DNA of 61,203 nt, taken from positions 1 through 61,203 of the forward strand of contig QPMI01000592.1 in the NCBI GenBank assembly GCA_004431415.1, read 5' to 3'. Shown in pieces: positions 49,950-61,203 of the stretch (position 1 is the stretch's first letter; the number at the start of each line of letters is the position of its first letter). This stretch comes from Cyanophora paradoxa CCMP329. Taxonomy: Eukaryota; Plantae; Glaucophyta. The position numbers were made by a program, and so were the translations under genes. The notes beneath the pieces were generated by a model, which was not told where the DNA came from, did not search any database, and saw only the letters and a list, made by a program, of their open reading frames with translations.

Positions 49950-50620
49950 CATGGCAGGCGGAGGGACTGTGAAGCGCACGGGGCTGATGCAGCGAGAGAG
50001 GCGGTTGAGGGCGCGCCGCTAGGCCGGAGCAACTCCTGGTCAAGAGGCCTGCGAGACGCGTGACCTCGGAGATACGGTAAGGCAGACAAAAGCACGAGTA
50101 GGCGAACAGGCAAGGGGCGGCAGGACCGGCGGCCAACAAGGACTCGCCGACAGCTGCAAGTGGACCCTTGCCCGGAGAGCTGCGACACAAACACGTGCGC
50201 TCAGACGCGTGACGAAGCACGAGGAGGCACGAGAAAGCGCACGGGCGGGGCAGCGAGAAGAACCGTGGAGGGCGCACCGCCAGGCCCAAACGACTCATTA
50301 TCCGGAGGCCTGCGATGGAGTTTAGCTCGGTGCTTGAGATCGGAGACACGAAGAGACAGGCAGGGACACGAGGTGACGAACAGCCCGGGGCAGCAGGGAC
50401 GGCGGCCGTCGAAGACTCGCCGAAAGCTGCAAGTGAACCCTGCCGCGGAGACCTGCGACGCATAGGCCTGCACGTTCGCTCAGATTCACGACATGACAGG
50501 ATGAGACACGGGGCGGCGCACCGGGCCGGGGGGGCGGGAAGGGACAGAGGGGGCGTGAGGCTGGACCCGACCGACGCTTCATCCGGAGGTCTGGAACGCG
50601 TGTTAGCTCGGCACGCAACA
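49950..50620. repeat. Diverged ~270-bp tandem repeat
   Basis: GACTCGCCGA.AGCTGCAAGTG.ACCC at about 50141 and 50414. Confidence 0.65.
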
Positions 50621-51102
50621 ACAGCAAGATAGTGCAAAAAGCAACGCACGGAGCTAAAGCGACAGATGCGACGGGGATTGCGCAGACTGATGTCAGAGGC
50701 TCTTTGCCAGCCACCGCCCTCCGATTAGCTTCTGGTTATAACCACCAAAAATCAGAAAGTTGTAGACTAAATTAAGAAGATAAGCACTGAAACAAACAGA
50801 CCTTTTTCTTTCCAAACTAAATCGTCGACCGCAGCGCGATCACGAGTACGGAAATCGGCCCACCATGACTGGGACTGTACGACAAAAGAATACCACTCAA
50901 ATACAAAAAGGGAGTGAAAGGAAAAAAACAACAGGTAATCATACCAGAGATCCCAGTAAGGAAACTGCAAGATTTGTCGATCTAATACTGGTACCTACGC
51001 AGAGAATTAAAAATCACGAATGAAAGCACTATAGAAAGTAAGATAGATATGCACCCGAAGACTGCCCCTGTACCGCAGAAACTCTAGCATTCAAAATCGC
51101 AA

Positions 51103-51918
51103 TCATCTCTTGTTTACACGAAAAGACATATCCATGACTTTCGCAACGGCATCATCCAGCAACGGCTGTAGACCTTCCAATTCCTCCTTCTGCGCATCGA
51201 CTGTAGAGTGCAGTTTGGGATACGCCTCCTTCGGAAAACGAGATATTTCATCATCCTCTGCAGGAAACAGAGGCTGCGACTGCATCAAGTCCGTAAATTC
51301 AAGGTGCAGCGCCCAAGTCTCCATGCCATGAACGAAGGCCTTCTTTCCAGCCGCAAACATAGAATTCACGTTGACGCCCTCTTCACCTGCGTTTGCAAGA
51401 ACTCGAAATTCTATGCAGGCATTGAAGGTCAACTTGTACAGACTCCATGTCCGATAGTAGCTGCATAACAAAGCTGCGTATTTTGATGACTCCGTTATCA
51501 GCAGGTCAAGGTCAACTATGTAGTCTTCACCAGCAGCCTTAGGTCCGGCCAAAAATGGTCCCAGAGCATCATCTGGCCCCAGAGCATCGACTCCAATCGA
51601 TGGCATCTTACGCTTGAAGGATGAGATCTGTTTCTTTACAAGGTCCTTGATTTCGAGTAGTGTGCCAGAAGTAAAAAGTCCTTCTGTAATGAAGGGTTCA
51701 AGGAAATCGTCGATGTCCGATTTAGCCGTATCCTTTGAACGCAAAAGCTCCCAAGCCAGGCGCATGCGCCGATGTAGCGGGATGCTTGCTACTTTGCATG
51801 CACTCAGATAGTGGTCATCATCGTAATAATGAGCGCACTGAGCTGATATATGCTCCAGTACATTCACCAGGATAAGAAACTCAGACACCCGTCCCCAGCT
51901 CATGACGCGATGCTTCAC
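51103..51918 (-). CDS. Hypothetical helical protein (exon of 270 aa or more)
   Basis: Uninterrupted 271-aa ORF with typical globular/helical composition; start uncertain. Confidence 0.6.
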   Translation of the reverse strand: MKHRVMSWGRVSEFLILVNVLEHISAQCAHYYDDDHYLSACKVASIPLHRRMRLAWELLRSKDTAKSDIDDFLEPFITEGLFTSGTLLEIKDLVKKQISSFKRKMPSIGVDALGPDDALGPFLAGPKAAGEDYIVDLDLLITESSKYAALLCSYYRTWSLYKLTFNACIEFRVLANAGEEGVNVNSMFAAGKKAFVHGMETWALHLEFTDLMQSQPLFPAEDDEISRFPKEAYPKLHSTVDAQKEELEGLQPLLDDAVAKVMDMSFRVNKR

Positions 51919-52636
51919 TGCGTATCATACATCAGAAGAAGCCAGATAAGGTAATGCAAAGGTACAGAAACATCATTGGGCATACATATACCTCGAATAG
52001 GAGATGCAGACAAAGCAACAGACATTCACAGCGGGCACCCCGAGATGCACACCTAGTATGAAGGGGCAAACATCAGACAAAGCAGTTACACAGTCGTCGG
52101 GAGGCAGTACAACCACTGAAAACAGCGTACAAGGACGGATACAACACAGAATGCAGACCGAGAGGAAGCAAAGTGGGACAAAAGAACCACTCAACGCCCC
52201 GACTTGAAGGCCACCCACGCGCTGGAGAGCGAAATAAGATGATAGCTAAACCCTCATTATGGGCAGGAGGGATGGCGCATGGGACGGGCGACGCACCAGA
52301 AATGTTAGCGCCAAAAAGAAGGGAAGACAACCAGGGCAGCAGACATAAAAGGCTTTAATCCGATGACCCCTACAGATCGAAGAGCCATACATTAGCAAGT
52401 GCGGTCACCGCTGAGAGCCGCGATGCAGGATCTGAGCTTATAACAAGTGCGTACCGATTTTCGTCAAAACCGAAGCTGCAGTCAGTAAAACGACGGTGAC
52501 GGTGATGGCCGGCAAAGGAGCGGAAAAGTCCCAACCCTGCGTAAAGCCACACATCAACTCCATGGCTCGCAACTGTACTATGCGCGGCGAAGGCAGCACG
52601 GCCTCACGCTAGCCGGGGCGCTACTAGCGATAGAAT

Positions 52637-53457
52637 CGCTAATAGTCAATATAAAAATCTCTTGCATTAGCACACAACACAACTACAATGAGTTTCACAT
52701 CGCCCAATAAATCTCTCCGACTAGATACTATCGAGGACCGTCGTATGCTGTGCTTTAGAAAGTACAAAATGAACGAAAGGTTTGAAGGTTTCGTGTCTAG
52801 ATATCTAGCTAAGGAGGTTTCTAACTAATACTAATGATGTGGAAGCTAGCTGTATCGATTTCTAAACCAACCTAAACTCCCGGCTACGAGGTCCTATCTC
52901 TACAAAAGACTCCCAATCATGGTATGTCCGCCGCCAGCGCTGCCCAAGGGCCTCGCCGCGCCGTGTGCCAGGCTCCTCGCCAGCCCCAGTAGATTGGGCT
53001 ACTGGCCGCCTCCTGCCGTCGCCTCCGCCGCCTCCATTTGTTGGTGTTGCGTCCTCCGGCCCGCCCCAGACCGCAATCCCCCAGTGTCTCCCTCTAGCGC
53101 GGGCGCGCCCTCTGTGTGCCCACGCCCAAGCATACCTGTTCGTATGGTCGTATACTTGCATGGCCGCTGAAGCCCGGACCCAGCCGTAGTCGTCTGGCGG
53201 GCAGCTCAGGTGTGAGAGGGCTAGGGTTTCCCCGCCTTGGTGGCGGGACTCGAGGGCACCGCACTCCCTGCAGCGTTCCCGCTGCCGGGGCTCCGGATCC
53301 GCGCGCTTCCTGCGAGCGTTGCCAGCCGTATCGTCAGGCGGCGCGTCGGCCTCGCGCCCGCGCGCCTCAGTGCGCTTCGCCTTGGCGCGACGTTCTTTCA
53401 TGACCTTCGTGATCCCGCACGCCTTCTCCCACTCCGCGTACGCGCTAATAGTCAATA
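52637..53457 (-). mobile_element. About 790-bp insertion flanked by a 15-bp direct repeat; probable 5'-truncated non-LTR retroelement or retrocopy
   Basis: CGCTAATAGTCAATA at 52637-52651 and 53443-53457. The minus-strand ORF is open from the right junction to the stop at 52862, followed by an AT-rich tail. Confidence 0.65.
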
Positions 53458-54519
53458 GGTGGTCTCTAGCACCGCATGCGCAACTGACTAACCGCGGCAG
53501 TTACGGTTGCATGCAACTAACCGCGAGACCAAGGGCCCCAAGTCCAAACATTACGACCGGCGAGCGACGATAGATGTAGAGAAAGCGTGCACGTACCAAG
53601 CACTATGATCGTTGCTTCTAGGACCCAGCCGAGCCACGGACGACGCAAGCCCGGAGCGATGAAGCTGGCGCACGAACGAAGCACGCCTGGCCAAGCCAGG
53701 ATAGCGGGACAGCTCTTTCCACTTGAAGCCGAGCAGGCCGCGAGGCCACCGCCCGCGGAAGCTGATCAGACTTGAGGCCAGGCACGCCAGCGCCACGCCA
53801 GGGATTGACTGATGTCCGGGTACAAAAACAATGCAGGAGATCAAATTCTACGGCCTTAGTGGCGCCCGTACGCGTCGGACGCCGTCACTTAAAAGACTGC
53901 AGCACTTTAAGCACAGCCACGACAGTACGGCGCTGGCCTCGACGACTCTCGCGCGCGCGCCGAGCCTAGCACAGGAAGGAATCCCGCCGGCACCCTGGCC
54001 GGCGCCACCACCAAGCCGCACAAGCGGGACAAAAAACATCACTAACAGACTCTGAGACCGGGCCGGGAATCAGAAAGGCCGGCGCCGCCGGTCGCAGCAG
54101 CTGATACGACTTCGACGTCGACAGACAGCAGCTTCATTCAAGACAAGCAGAGAGTCCAACGCCTAGATCCCTGCCATGAGCAGCAAGAACAAATTCAACA
54201 TGCAAATACAATGACATACACACACACAGCTACCTAGGCGCGGCAGGGCGGGGGGCTGCGCGGCGGAGCAGGGCGGCGGACCCGGTGCAGGCAAGATGGG
54301 TCCACGGCGGATGCGAAGCGCAAGCGCGGCCGCCCGGCGGATCCCGGAGCTGCTGCAAGCAGAAGCGGGCGCAGTCAAACCGGGGCAGCTGGGGACGGGG
54401 CGGCAAAGGAGCGGCGTCGCGGGGCGGCCCTGCCACCTGTACGGGGGCCCGGATGCATAGCGTCGTTCCAGGGGCACAAAGTTGTAGGGATGGAAGGGAG
54501 AGGAGGGGGGGGGGGCGAG

Positions 54520-55520
54520 GCCTAGGGCTGGGAAGCGGACGCTGGAAGCCTAGGGCTGGGGTGCGGGCGCTGGAGGCCTAGAGCTGGGGCGCGGGCGCTG
54601 GAGGCCTAGGGCTGGGGCGCGGGCGCTGGAGGCCTAGGGCTGGAGCGCGGGCGCTGGAGGGGGCGCGGGCGCTGGAGGCCTAGGGCTGGGACGCGGGCGC
54701 TGGAGGCCTAGGGCTGGGACGCGGGCGCTGGAAGCCTAGGGCTTGGCGCGGGCGCTGGAAGCATAGGGCTGGGGTGCAGGCGCTGGAGGCCTAGGGCTGG
54801 GGTGGGAGTGGTGGGGGGGGGGGGGGGGGGGAGGGGCGCTGAGGTTTCATTAACGTGAGCGATGCGCGTTGCATCCTGCACATGGCGTCAGCGGATGCGG
54901 GCAGCAGGGGGTACAGACGCGCGGACCAGAGGCCAGAAAGCTCGAGAGACTCGAAGACCGAGAGGTGCGCGAAGGCCGAGAGGTGCACGCGCCTGATTGC
55001 CTCTCCCGTCCAGGGCATGCAGCCCCTCCGGCCTGCCACCTGCACGGGGGCCCGGGTGCCTAGCGTCGTTCCAGAGGCACAAAGTTGTAGAATTGGGAAG
55101 GGAGAGGGGGGGGGGGAGGGGGGGGGGGGGGGGCGAGGCCTGGGGCTGGGGCGCGGGCGCTGGAAGCCTAGAGCTGGGGCGCGGGCACTGGAGGCCTAGG
55201 GCTGGGGCGCGGGCGCTGGAGGCCTAGGGCTGGGGCGCGGGCGCTGGAGGCCTAGGGCTGGGGCGCGGGCGCTGGAGGCCTAGGGCTGGACGCGGGCGCT
55301 GGAAGCCTAGGGTTTGGGCGCGGGCGCTGGAAGCATAGGGCTTGGGCGCGGGCGCTGGAGGCCTAGGGCTGGGGCGCGGGCGCTGGAGGCCTAGGGCTGG
55401 GGCGCGGGCGCTGGAGGCCTAGGGCTGGGACGCGGGCGCTGGAAGCCTAGGGCTTGGGCGCGGGCGCTGGAAGCATAGGGCTGGGGTGCAGGCGCTGGAG
55501 GCCTAGGGCTGGGGCGCGGC
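54520..55520 (+). repeat. 24-bp G-rich minisatellite in two duplicated blocks, plus a short block at about 56372-56480
   Basis: (GGGCTGGGGCGCGGGCGCTGGAGGCCTA)-type unit reiterated; each main block is preceded by AGCGTCGTTCCAG.GGCACAAAGTTGTAG and a G-run. Confidence 0.95.
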
Positions 55521-57900
55521 AACGATACTGCGGGCGGAAGCGGGCGCACTCAAATAAGAAGGATGGAAGATGTCGCGCCAATGCGCGACCGCCCGGCAGC
55601 GCTGCTGCAGGCGTAAGAGGACGCGATCAATTCGAGGGAGCGGGGGACGGGGCAGCAGGACAGTGGCGTAGCCGGACGGCGGACCAGGCGCAGGCGAGAG
55701 AAGTCCACGGCACGTGCGGGGCTCGAGCGCCGGCGGCCACCGAAGCTGCTGCGGGCGGGAGCGGGCTCGATCAAATCGGGGCAACGAGCCGTCAGGGCGG
55801 TAGGAGAGCGGCAGAGCCAGGCAACGAACCCGGCGCAGGCAAACTGGACCCACGGAAGTACGGGGAGCGAGCAATTCGACCGGCGGCCCTGCTGCGAGCA
55901 GGAGCGGGCATGATCAAATCATAAGAACATAGGACGGCGCGGCAGGAGAGCGGCGGAGCCGGCGGCAGACCGGTGCAGGCAAGAAGAATCCACGGCGGGT
56001 GCGAAGCCCAAGCGTGGCCAACCGCCCAGCTGCTGCAAGCAGAAACGGGCGCGATCAAACCGGGGCAGATGGGAAGGGGCGGCAAAGGAGCGGCGTCGCG
56101 GGGCGGCGAACCCTGCGCGGACGAGAAGAGGCCGGGCGGCGGACCAGGCGCAGGCGAGAGGAGTCCACGGCACGTCCGGGCCCAAGCGCCGGCAGCCACC
56201 GAAACTGCTGCGGGCGGGAGCGGGCGCGATCAAATCGGGGCGACGAGCTTCAGGGCGGTAGGAGAGCGACGGGGCTAGGCAGCGAACCCGGCGCAAATCA
56301 TAAGGACGAGGGACGGCGCGGCAGGAGAGCGGCGGAGCCGGGCGGCGGACCCGGTGCAGGCGAGATGGATCCAGGGCTGGGAAGCGGACGCTGGACGCCT
56401 AGGGCTGGGGTGCGGGCGCTGGAGGCCTAGAGCTGGGGCGCGGGCGCTGGAGGCCTAGGGCTGGGACGCGGGCCCTGGAGGCCCTGGAGCGCGGGGCGGC
56501 GAACCCTGCGCGGACGAGAAGAGGCCGGGCGGCGGACCAGGCGCAGGCGAGAGGAGTCCAAGGCACGTCCGGGGCCCCAGCGCCGGCGGCCACCGAAACT
56601 GCTGCGGGCGGGAGCGAACGCGATCAAATCGGGGCGACGAGCCTTCAGGGCGGTAGGAGAGCGACAGGGCTAGGCAGCGAACCCGGCGCAAATCATAAGG
56701 ACGAGGGACGGCGCGGCAGGAGAGGCGGCGGAGCCGGGCGGCGGACCCGGTGCAGGCGAGATGGATCCACGGCGGGTGCGGGCCCAAAAGCGGCCGCCTG
56801 GCAGCGCTGCTACTAGAACGCGATCAGTTCGAGAGAGCGGGGACGGGGCGGCAGGACAGTGGCGTAGCCGGGCGGCGGACCAGGCGCAGGCGAGAGGAGT
56901 CCCACGGCACGTACGGGGCCCGATCGCCAGCGGCCACCGAAGCTGCTGCGGGCGGGAACGGGCGCGACCAAAATCGGGGCGACAAACCGTCAGGCGGTAG
57001 GAGAGCGGCAGGGCCAGGGCAGCGAAACCCGGCGCAGGCAAGCTGGACACACGGAAGGTACGAGGCGCGAGTGTGGTCGACCGGCGGCCCTGCTGCAGGC
57101 AGGAGCGGGCATGATCAATCATAAGAACAGGGGACGGCGCGGCAAGAAAGCGGCGGAGACGGGCGGCGGACCGGAGCAGGCAAGATGGGTCCACGGCGGG
57201 TGCGGAGCCCAAGCGTGCCGACCGGCAGCGCTGCTGCCGAGGGAAAACAACGCGATCAATTCGAAGGAGCGGGGGACGGGGCGGCAGGACAGTGGCGTAG
57301 CCGGGCGGCGTACCAGGCGCAGACGAGAGGAGTCCACGGCACGTGGCGGGGCCCGATCGCCAGCGGCCACCAAAGCTGCTGCGGGCGGGAGCGGGCGCGA
57401 CCAAATCGGGGCGACAAACCGTCAGGGCGGTAGGAGAGCGCAGGGCCAGGCAGCGAACCCGGCGCAGACAAGCTGGACACACGGAAGGTACGAGGCGCGA
57501 GCGTTGTCGACCGGCGGACCTGCTGCGGGCAGGAGCGGGCATGATCAAATCATAAGAACGGTGGACGCACGGCAAAGAGCGGCAGAGACGGGCGGCGGAC
57601 CCGGAGCAGGCAAGATGGGTCCACGGCGCGTGCGGAGCCCAAGCGTGGCCGCCCGGCGGAGCTGCTGCAGGCAGAAGCGGACCGGATCAAACCGGGGCAG
57701 ATGGGGAAGGGGCAGCAGAGAAGCGGCGGCGCAGGCAAGCTGGACACACGGAAGGTACAAGGCGCGAGCGCGGTCGACCGGCGTACCTGCCGCAAGCAGG
57801 AGCGGACGCACTCAAACCGGGGCGGATGGGGACGGGGCGGAAAAGGACCGGCGTCGCGGGGCGACGAACCCGGCGCAGACGAGAAGTGGCCCTGCATCAG
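55520..57900 (+). repeat. Complex higher-order GC-rich repeat array (~420-bp periodicity with shuffled subunits)
   Basis: Recurrent GGCGGACCAGGCGCAGGCGAGA, GCTGCTGCGGGCGGGAGCGGGCGCGA and ATGATCAAATCATAAG; a related copy lies at about 54250-54430. Confidence 0.9.
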
Positions 57901-58166
57901 CGGCGGCGCTGATGCAGGCAGACAATCACCTGATGACCATTAAACGCAGAAGCGCACAAACAGCAAAACCGCCGCTCACCGTGGAACAATCGGCCGCATA
58001 TACGCGACTTCCGCGCCGCTGCGGATGGTCCGCGCTGCCGGCGATCGCTCCGGGATCACATCCTTCGATCGATCTGCGGCGGACAACATGATTCGACAAC
58101 CACAGCCCAACCTCACACTTGAGGCCGGGCAGGCCCGACCTCACAAGGATCACACCGCGTAACGGG

Positions 58167-58225
58167 GGGGTACACTACCACAACCGAACGACCGTGGCCC
58201 ACGGTCGTTCGACGAGGGGGGGTAC
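58167..58225. other. Structured motif copy 2: GGGGTAC-N13-palindrome-CG-N8-GGGTAC
   Basis: AACGACCGTGG-C-CCACGGTCGTT at 58187-58209; GGGGTAC at 58167-58173; GGGTAC at 58220-58225. Confidence 0.9.
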
Positions 58226-59388
58226 ACAGATATGTAGACTTTCCGCAAGCCGACACTGTCCCACCCGCGAACGCCGTCCAGTCTGGCACACACGAGATGC
58301 CAATGCCATGGAAAATACCGGTACTTACCCTCCGAGGCTCACGCGCGGATTTCCTAATACCACACTTCCGCTCGCACGGCGCTCATATCTACCTTCGCTG
58401 ATCTTGCCACGACACGACAGACCCACGAGAACGACCTCGCATTGGGTGCGCCATTGGCCGGTCAAGCTAGCAAGGAGGGCCTTTCGAAAGCAGCGGCGCA
58501 CGCTCCAACCAGGCGAGCTTCGGTAAACACGGGCATCCATGTGCGTACACTCGCTCGCCAGGAAACCCGACAGGCGCCTGAAAGTAGCGCAGCAAACGCG
58601 ATGCACGCTACTATGTTAGATGCTGGTGTCGGGAATGGAGTACAAAAGAGCCACCAGCATGGATCAAGTTCAAAAAGACGTGCGCCACATACCTGCACCC
58701 TGAAGACCCCTGACATCGACCCAATTCTGATGATGGCCGCATGCACAGCCCTCATTTATGCTACATGGATAGAAGGAAGACTGTCACTACTCGAAAAACA
58801 CGGCCGTATCCCTTGAATGCAGCGAGTGCTACTTATTTGGAACCGACCGCACCAATTCAAACAGTACTATTCAACAGCAGAAGCTTGCTTCTCCTGACCA
58901 TCAAGCTTCTCGAGAGATCATAAACATGACAACTAGCAATCCATCTTAATTTCAAGAACTCAAAGCTCATAGCTGTAATGGAGGCTCACCCTAACCCTCA
59001 GCATGCTCATCGGGAGCCTCTTCCAGGGACGGTGGCTCTGAACAGCATAACGTCCTGACAGCAACACCTGTGTCCATAACGACAGCGCTAGCATTGCTTA
59101 ATCTATCAAAAACGCATGCACAGCACTCATATATGATATGAGGATGACTGCCAGCCTGCACCTCGAGAGTTCTGCAGCACAGTGCAATCGTGATTGCCGC
59201 AATCATAGTTCTACTTAGTACGCCTATAAAAAGTACGCTTAAAAACAGATTATGCCATGAACCACGGGTTCGGCCGGTACTACTTGCTATTGCTTGTGAG
59301 ACAACTCAGCGACGAGTGCACCTGCCTCCTCCACGAGGGACCGAACCTGCTCCTTCGTAAGGGCATCCTGTAGAAACAGATACGGCGA

Positions 59389-60484
59389 TCATATGTCAGT
59401 CGAAGACAGATACGGACAGCAAATGACACCGGGATTCCCACACCTCAGCCGCAAGAGCTTCAGTCCTCCCCGCTTCCTCGTTCCGACACCAACATGCTCC
59501 TTTTCGATAGCAGCCATAAGGACCCTAGCCTGCATAGTTCGGATTACAGCTGGCAATCGCAGGTGCACAGGATTTGCAATAGCCCACCTTAGACGCAAGA
59601 TCTTCATTCCTCCTCCGAAGGGACTCCAGGTACTCGTCCCTGTGCAAGGGCCAAATGAGCAACATCGAAGGGAGACATGTAAAAGCATACGTAAGGCTCA
59701 CCTCGACTTCTTGTGAGCCACAACGATGTTATTAAGACGGACAATATGCCAGCATAACACCGCGAACGAATCCCGGATACGGGTCATCAGCACCATGGCA
59801 GAATCAATCAAGACATCTGCATCATGAAGCTGAGAGGCGGAGAGAAGACCCGAGCTGTCGTCCTGGAGGTCCTTCTTCAGCTCAGGAAAACATGGCATGA
59901 CTTTGCTGATTTCACCCAGAAGCACGTCAAAGTATTCAGCACTACCAGGCATACTGCCCGGCAATGCAAGCAAAGCAAGCGACCCCTGAGGAGCTAAAGC
60001 ACAAATCAAAACACAACCGGTAGTGCCCAAAGAAATAACGAATGACAGAGTACAAACCCGTTACAGGGCATTCAATCCGTTGACCGTCTTCTGATCTGAG
60101 CGAGCATTCTGAATGCTGCAGTTCTTCATGGTACAGATCGTACACCCGAAGCAGGCTCTGTATATGACTATCGAGCACTCCCCTGTGTACGACAAGTACA
60201 AGCCGAAGGAAATCAAGATTCTTGGCTACAGTCCGAATCGCTTCTTTACCAGGACTCGTTGGTCTGACCCGCTGCATGATGATAGCACGGACCAGGGGCG
60301 CCAAACGACACAATGAATTCAGATGCGAGTGTATGGATCGGCTCCAAAGACGCCATACACCGCCTGCTTCCATCACGCTTGATAGGCAGCTGCGGATCCA
60401 ATCCACGAGGTCGCTTACATGACCGGACTTGCACGGGCAAGCAGGGAACTGTAGAACCATTAGAAATTTGAAAAACATGCGCAA
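59389..60484 (-). CDS. Hypothetical protein (frameshifted or multi-exon)
   Basis: Abutting minus-strand ORFs 59942-60484, 59698-60030 and 59389-59688. Confidence 0.4.
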
Positions 60485-61203
60485 CGATCAACACGTACAT
60501 GATGGGACTCGCACTGAGAGATAGAACTCGACACAGGCGGCATCCAGCAGGTACAGTTTACACCTGCAGCGATACACCAGGTCATTAGCATTTAGACCGC
60601 ATCAGAGCGGACCCGGAAACACGAGCATGCGCACGGAGCAAGAGCACCAGGCGCGCAGAGCGCTCACACGACGACTGAACGGTAGTAGGACCAGGGCGCA
60701 GGCGTCTGGCGGGCAACGATGGCAATGCAAAGAAGTCAGCAGCAGGCCAGCGCATATAACAAGCAGGACAACAGTGGCAGGGCAGCGCGTACAGCGGTCC
60801 GGTCTAGATCCGACAGGCAGCGATGGCCTGAAGTACAAAAGCAAAGGAGGACTTGCGGCCTGAATGCGCCGCACACCGAGAGAGGCTGGACGCGACCAGG
60901 GTGCGGTTGTGAGCGAAGCGGAGCATATAACGAGTCGGGCGCCAAAGACAGGGCGGCACGTACAACGGAACGACGGGAGCTCCAGCTAGGGCGACACCAG
61001 CACGGCCGCCGGGCCAATTCCGAAAAGTGGAACGAGGACGCTAACAACAGCTAAGATGCAGCGGCCGCAATGCCAGGACGTGCGGCCAGAAGGGTATACG
61101 CAACACCACATAACCGGGTACACCAACGCCAAGTAGTCGATCGCGAGCGATCGCGAACGTCCGACGTCGACGTCGACTGCCGATCGAGACAAGTCAACTA
61201 GGA

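Larger units (their letters stand above)
20620..58225 (-). mobile_element. Helitron2/Helentron-like rolling-circle element; boundaries hypothetical
   Basis: The RepHel gene itself is secure. The limits are inferred only from the two identically spaced hairpin motifs and the adjacent repeat arrays. Confidence 0.4.

Noticed and set aside
54520-55520. CRISPR array
   Set aside because: Contiguous tandem units with no unique spacers, no cas genes, and a eukaryotic context.
54163-58091. Numerous R/A/G/P-rich ORFs
   Set aside because: They arise from stop-poor GC-rich repeats and are open in several frames at once.
20600-58240. Target-site duplication or long terminal inverted repeats around the hairpin motifs
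   Set aside because: None visible; consistent with rolling-circle insertion but not positive evidence.

Overview
Eukaryotic, GC-rich genomic DNA with very short GT-AG introns (about 35-60 nt) and many single-base frameshifts, which could be long-read errors or gene decay. The centre holds an intron-containing Helitron-type RepHel gene on the minus strand (about 32.1-23.8 kb). Its domains run two C2H2 fingers, a DUF6570-like region, HUH/Y2 Rep, PIF1 helicase and a splice-fused C-terminal OTU cysteine protease, and an intronless deoxynucleoside kinase lies just downstream. The first 19.5 kb is a dense gene block: a divergent histone H3, a tandem SUMO/ubiquitin-like protein next to a minimal SP-RING SUMO E3, a giant-virus-style nucleotidyltransferase-like gene, an F-box/LRR gene, a PHD-like/beta-propeller gene, exonuclease V and several orphans. 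The right half has two duplicated F-box/LRR genes, broken orphan ORFs, a small insertion flanked by a 15-bp direct repeat, and large G-rich repeat arrays. A 59-bp motif (GGGGTAC-N13-23-bp palindrome-CG-N8-GGGTAC) occurs twice with identical spacing, at 20620 and 58167, bracketing the RepHel and 37.6 kb of DNA. It is a candidate terminus or origin of a giant rolling-circle element. All family calls are by-eye motif recognition; no searches were run.
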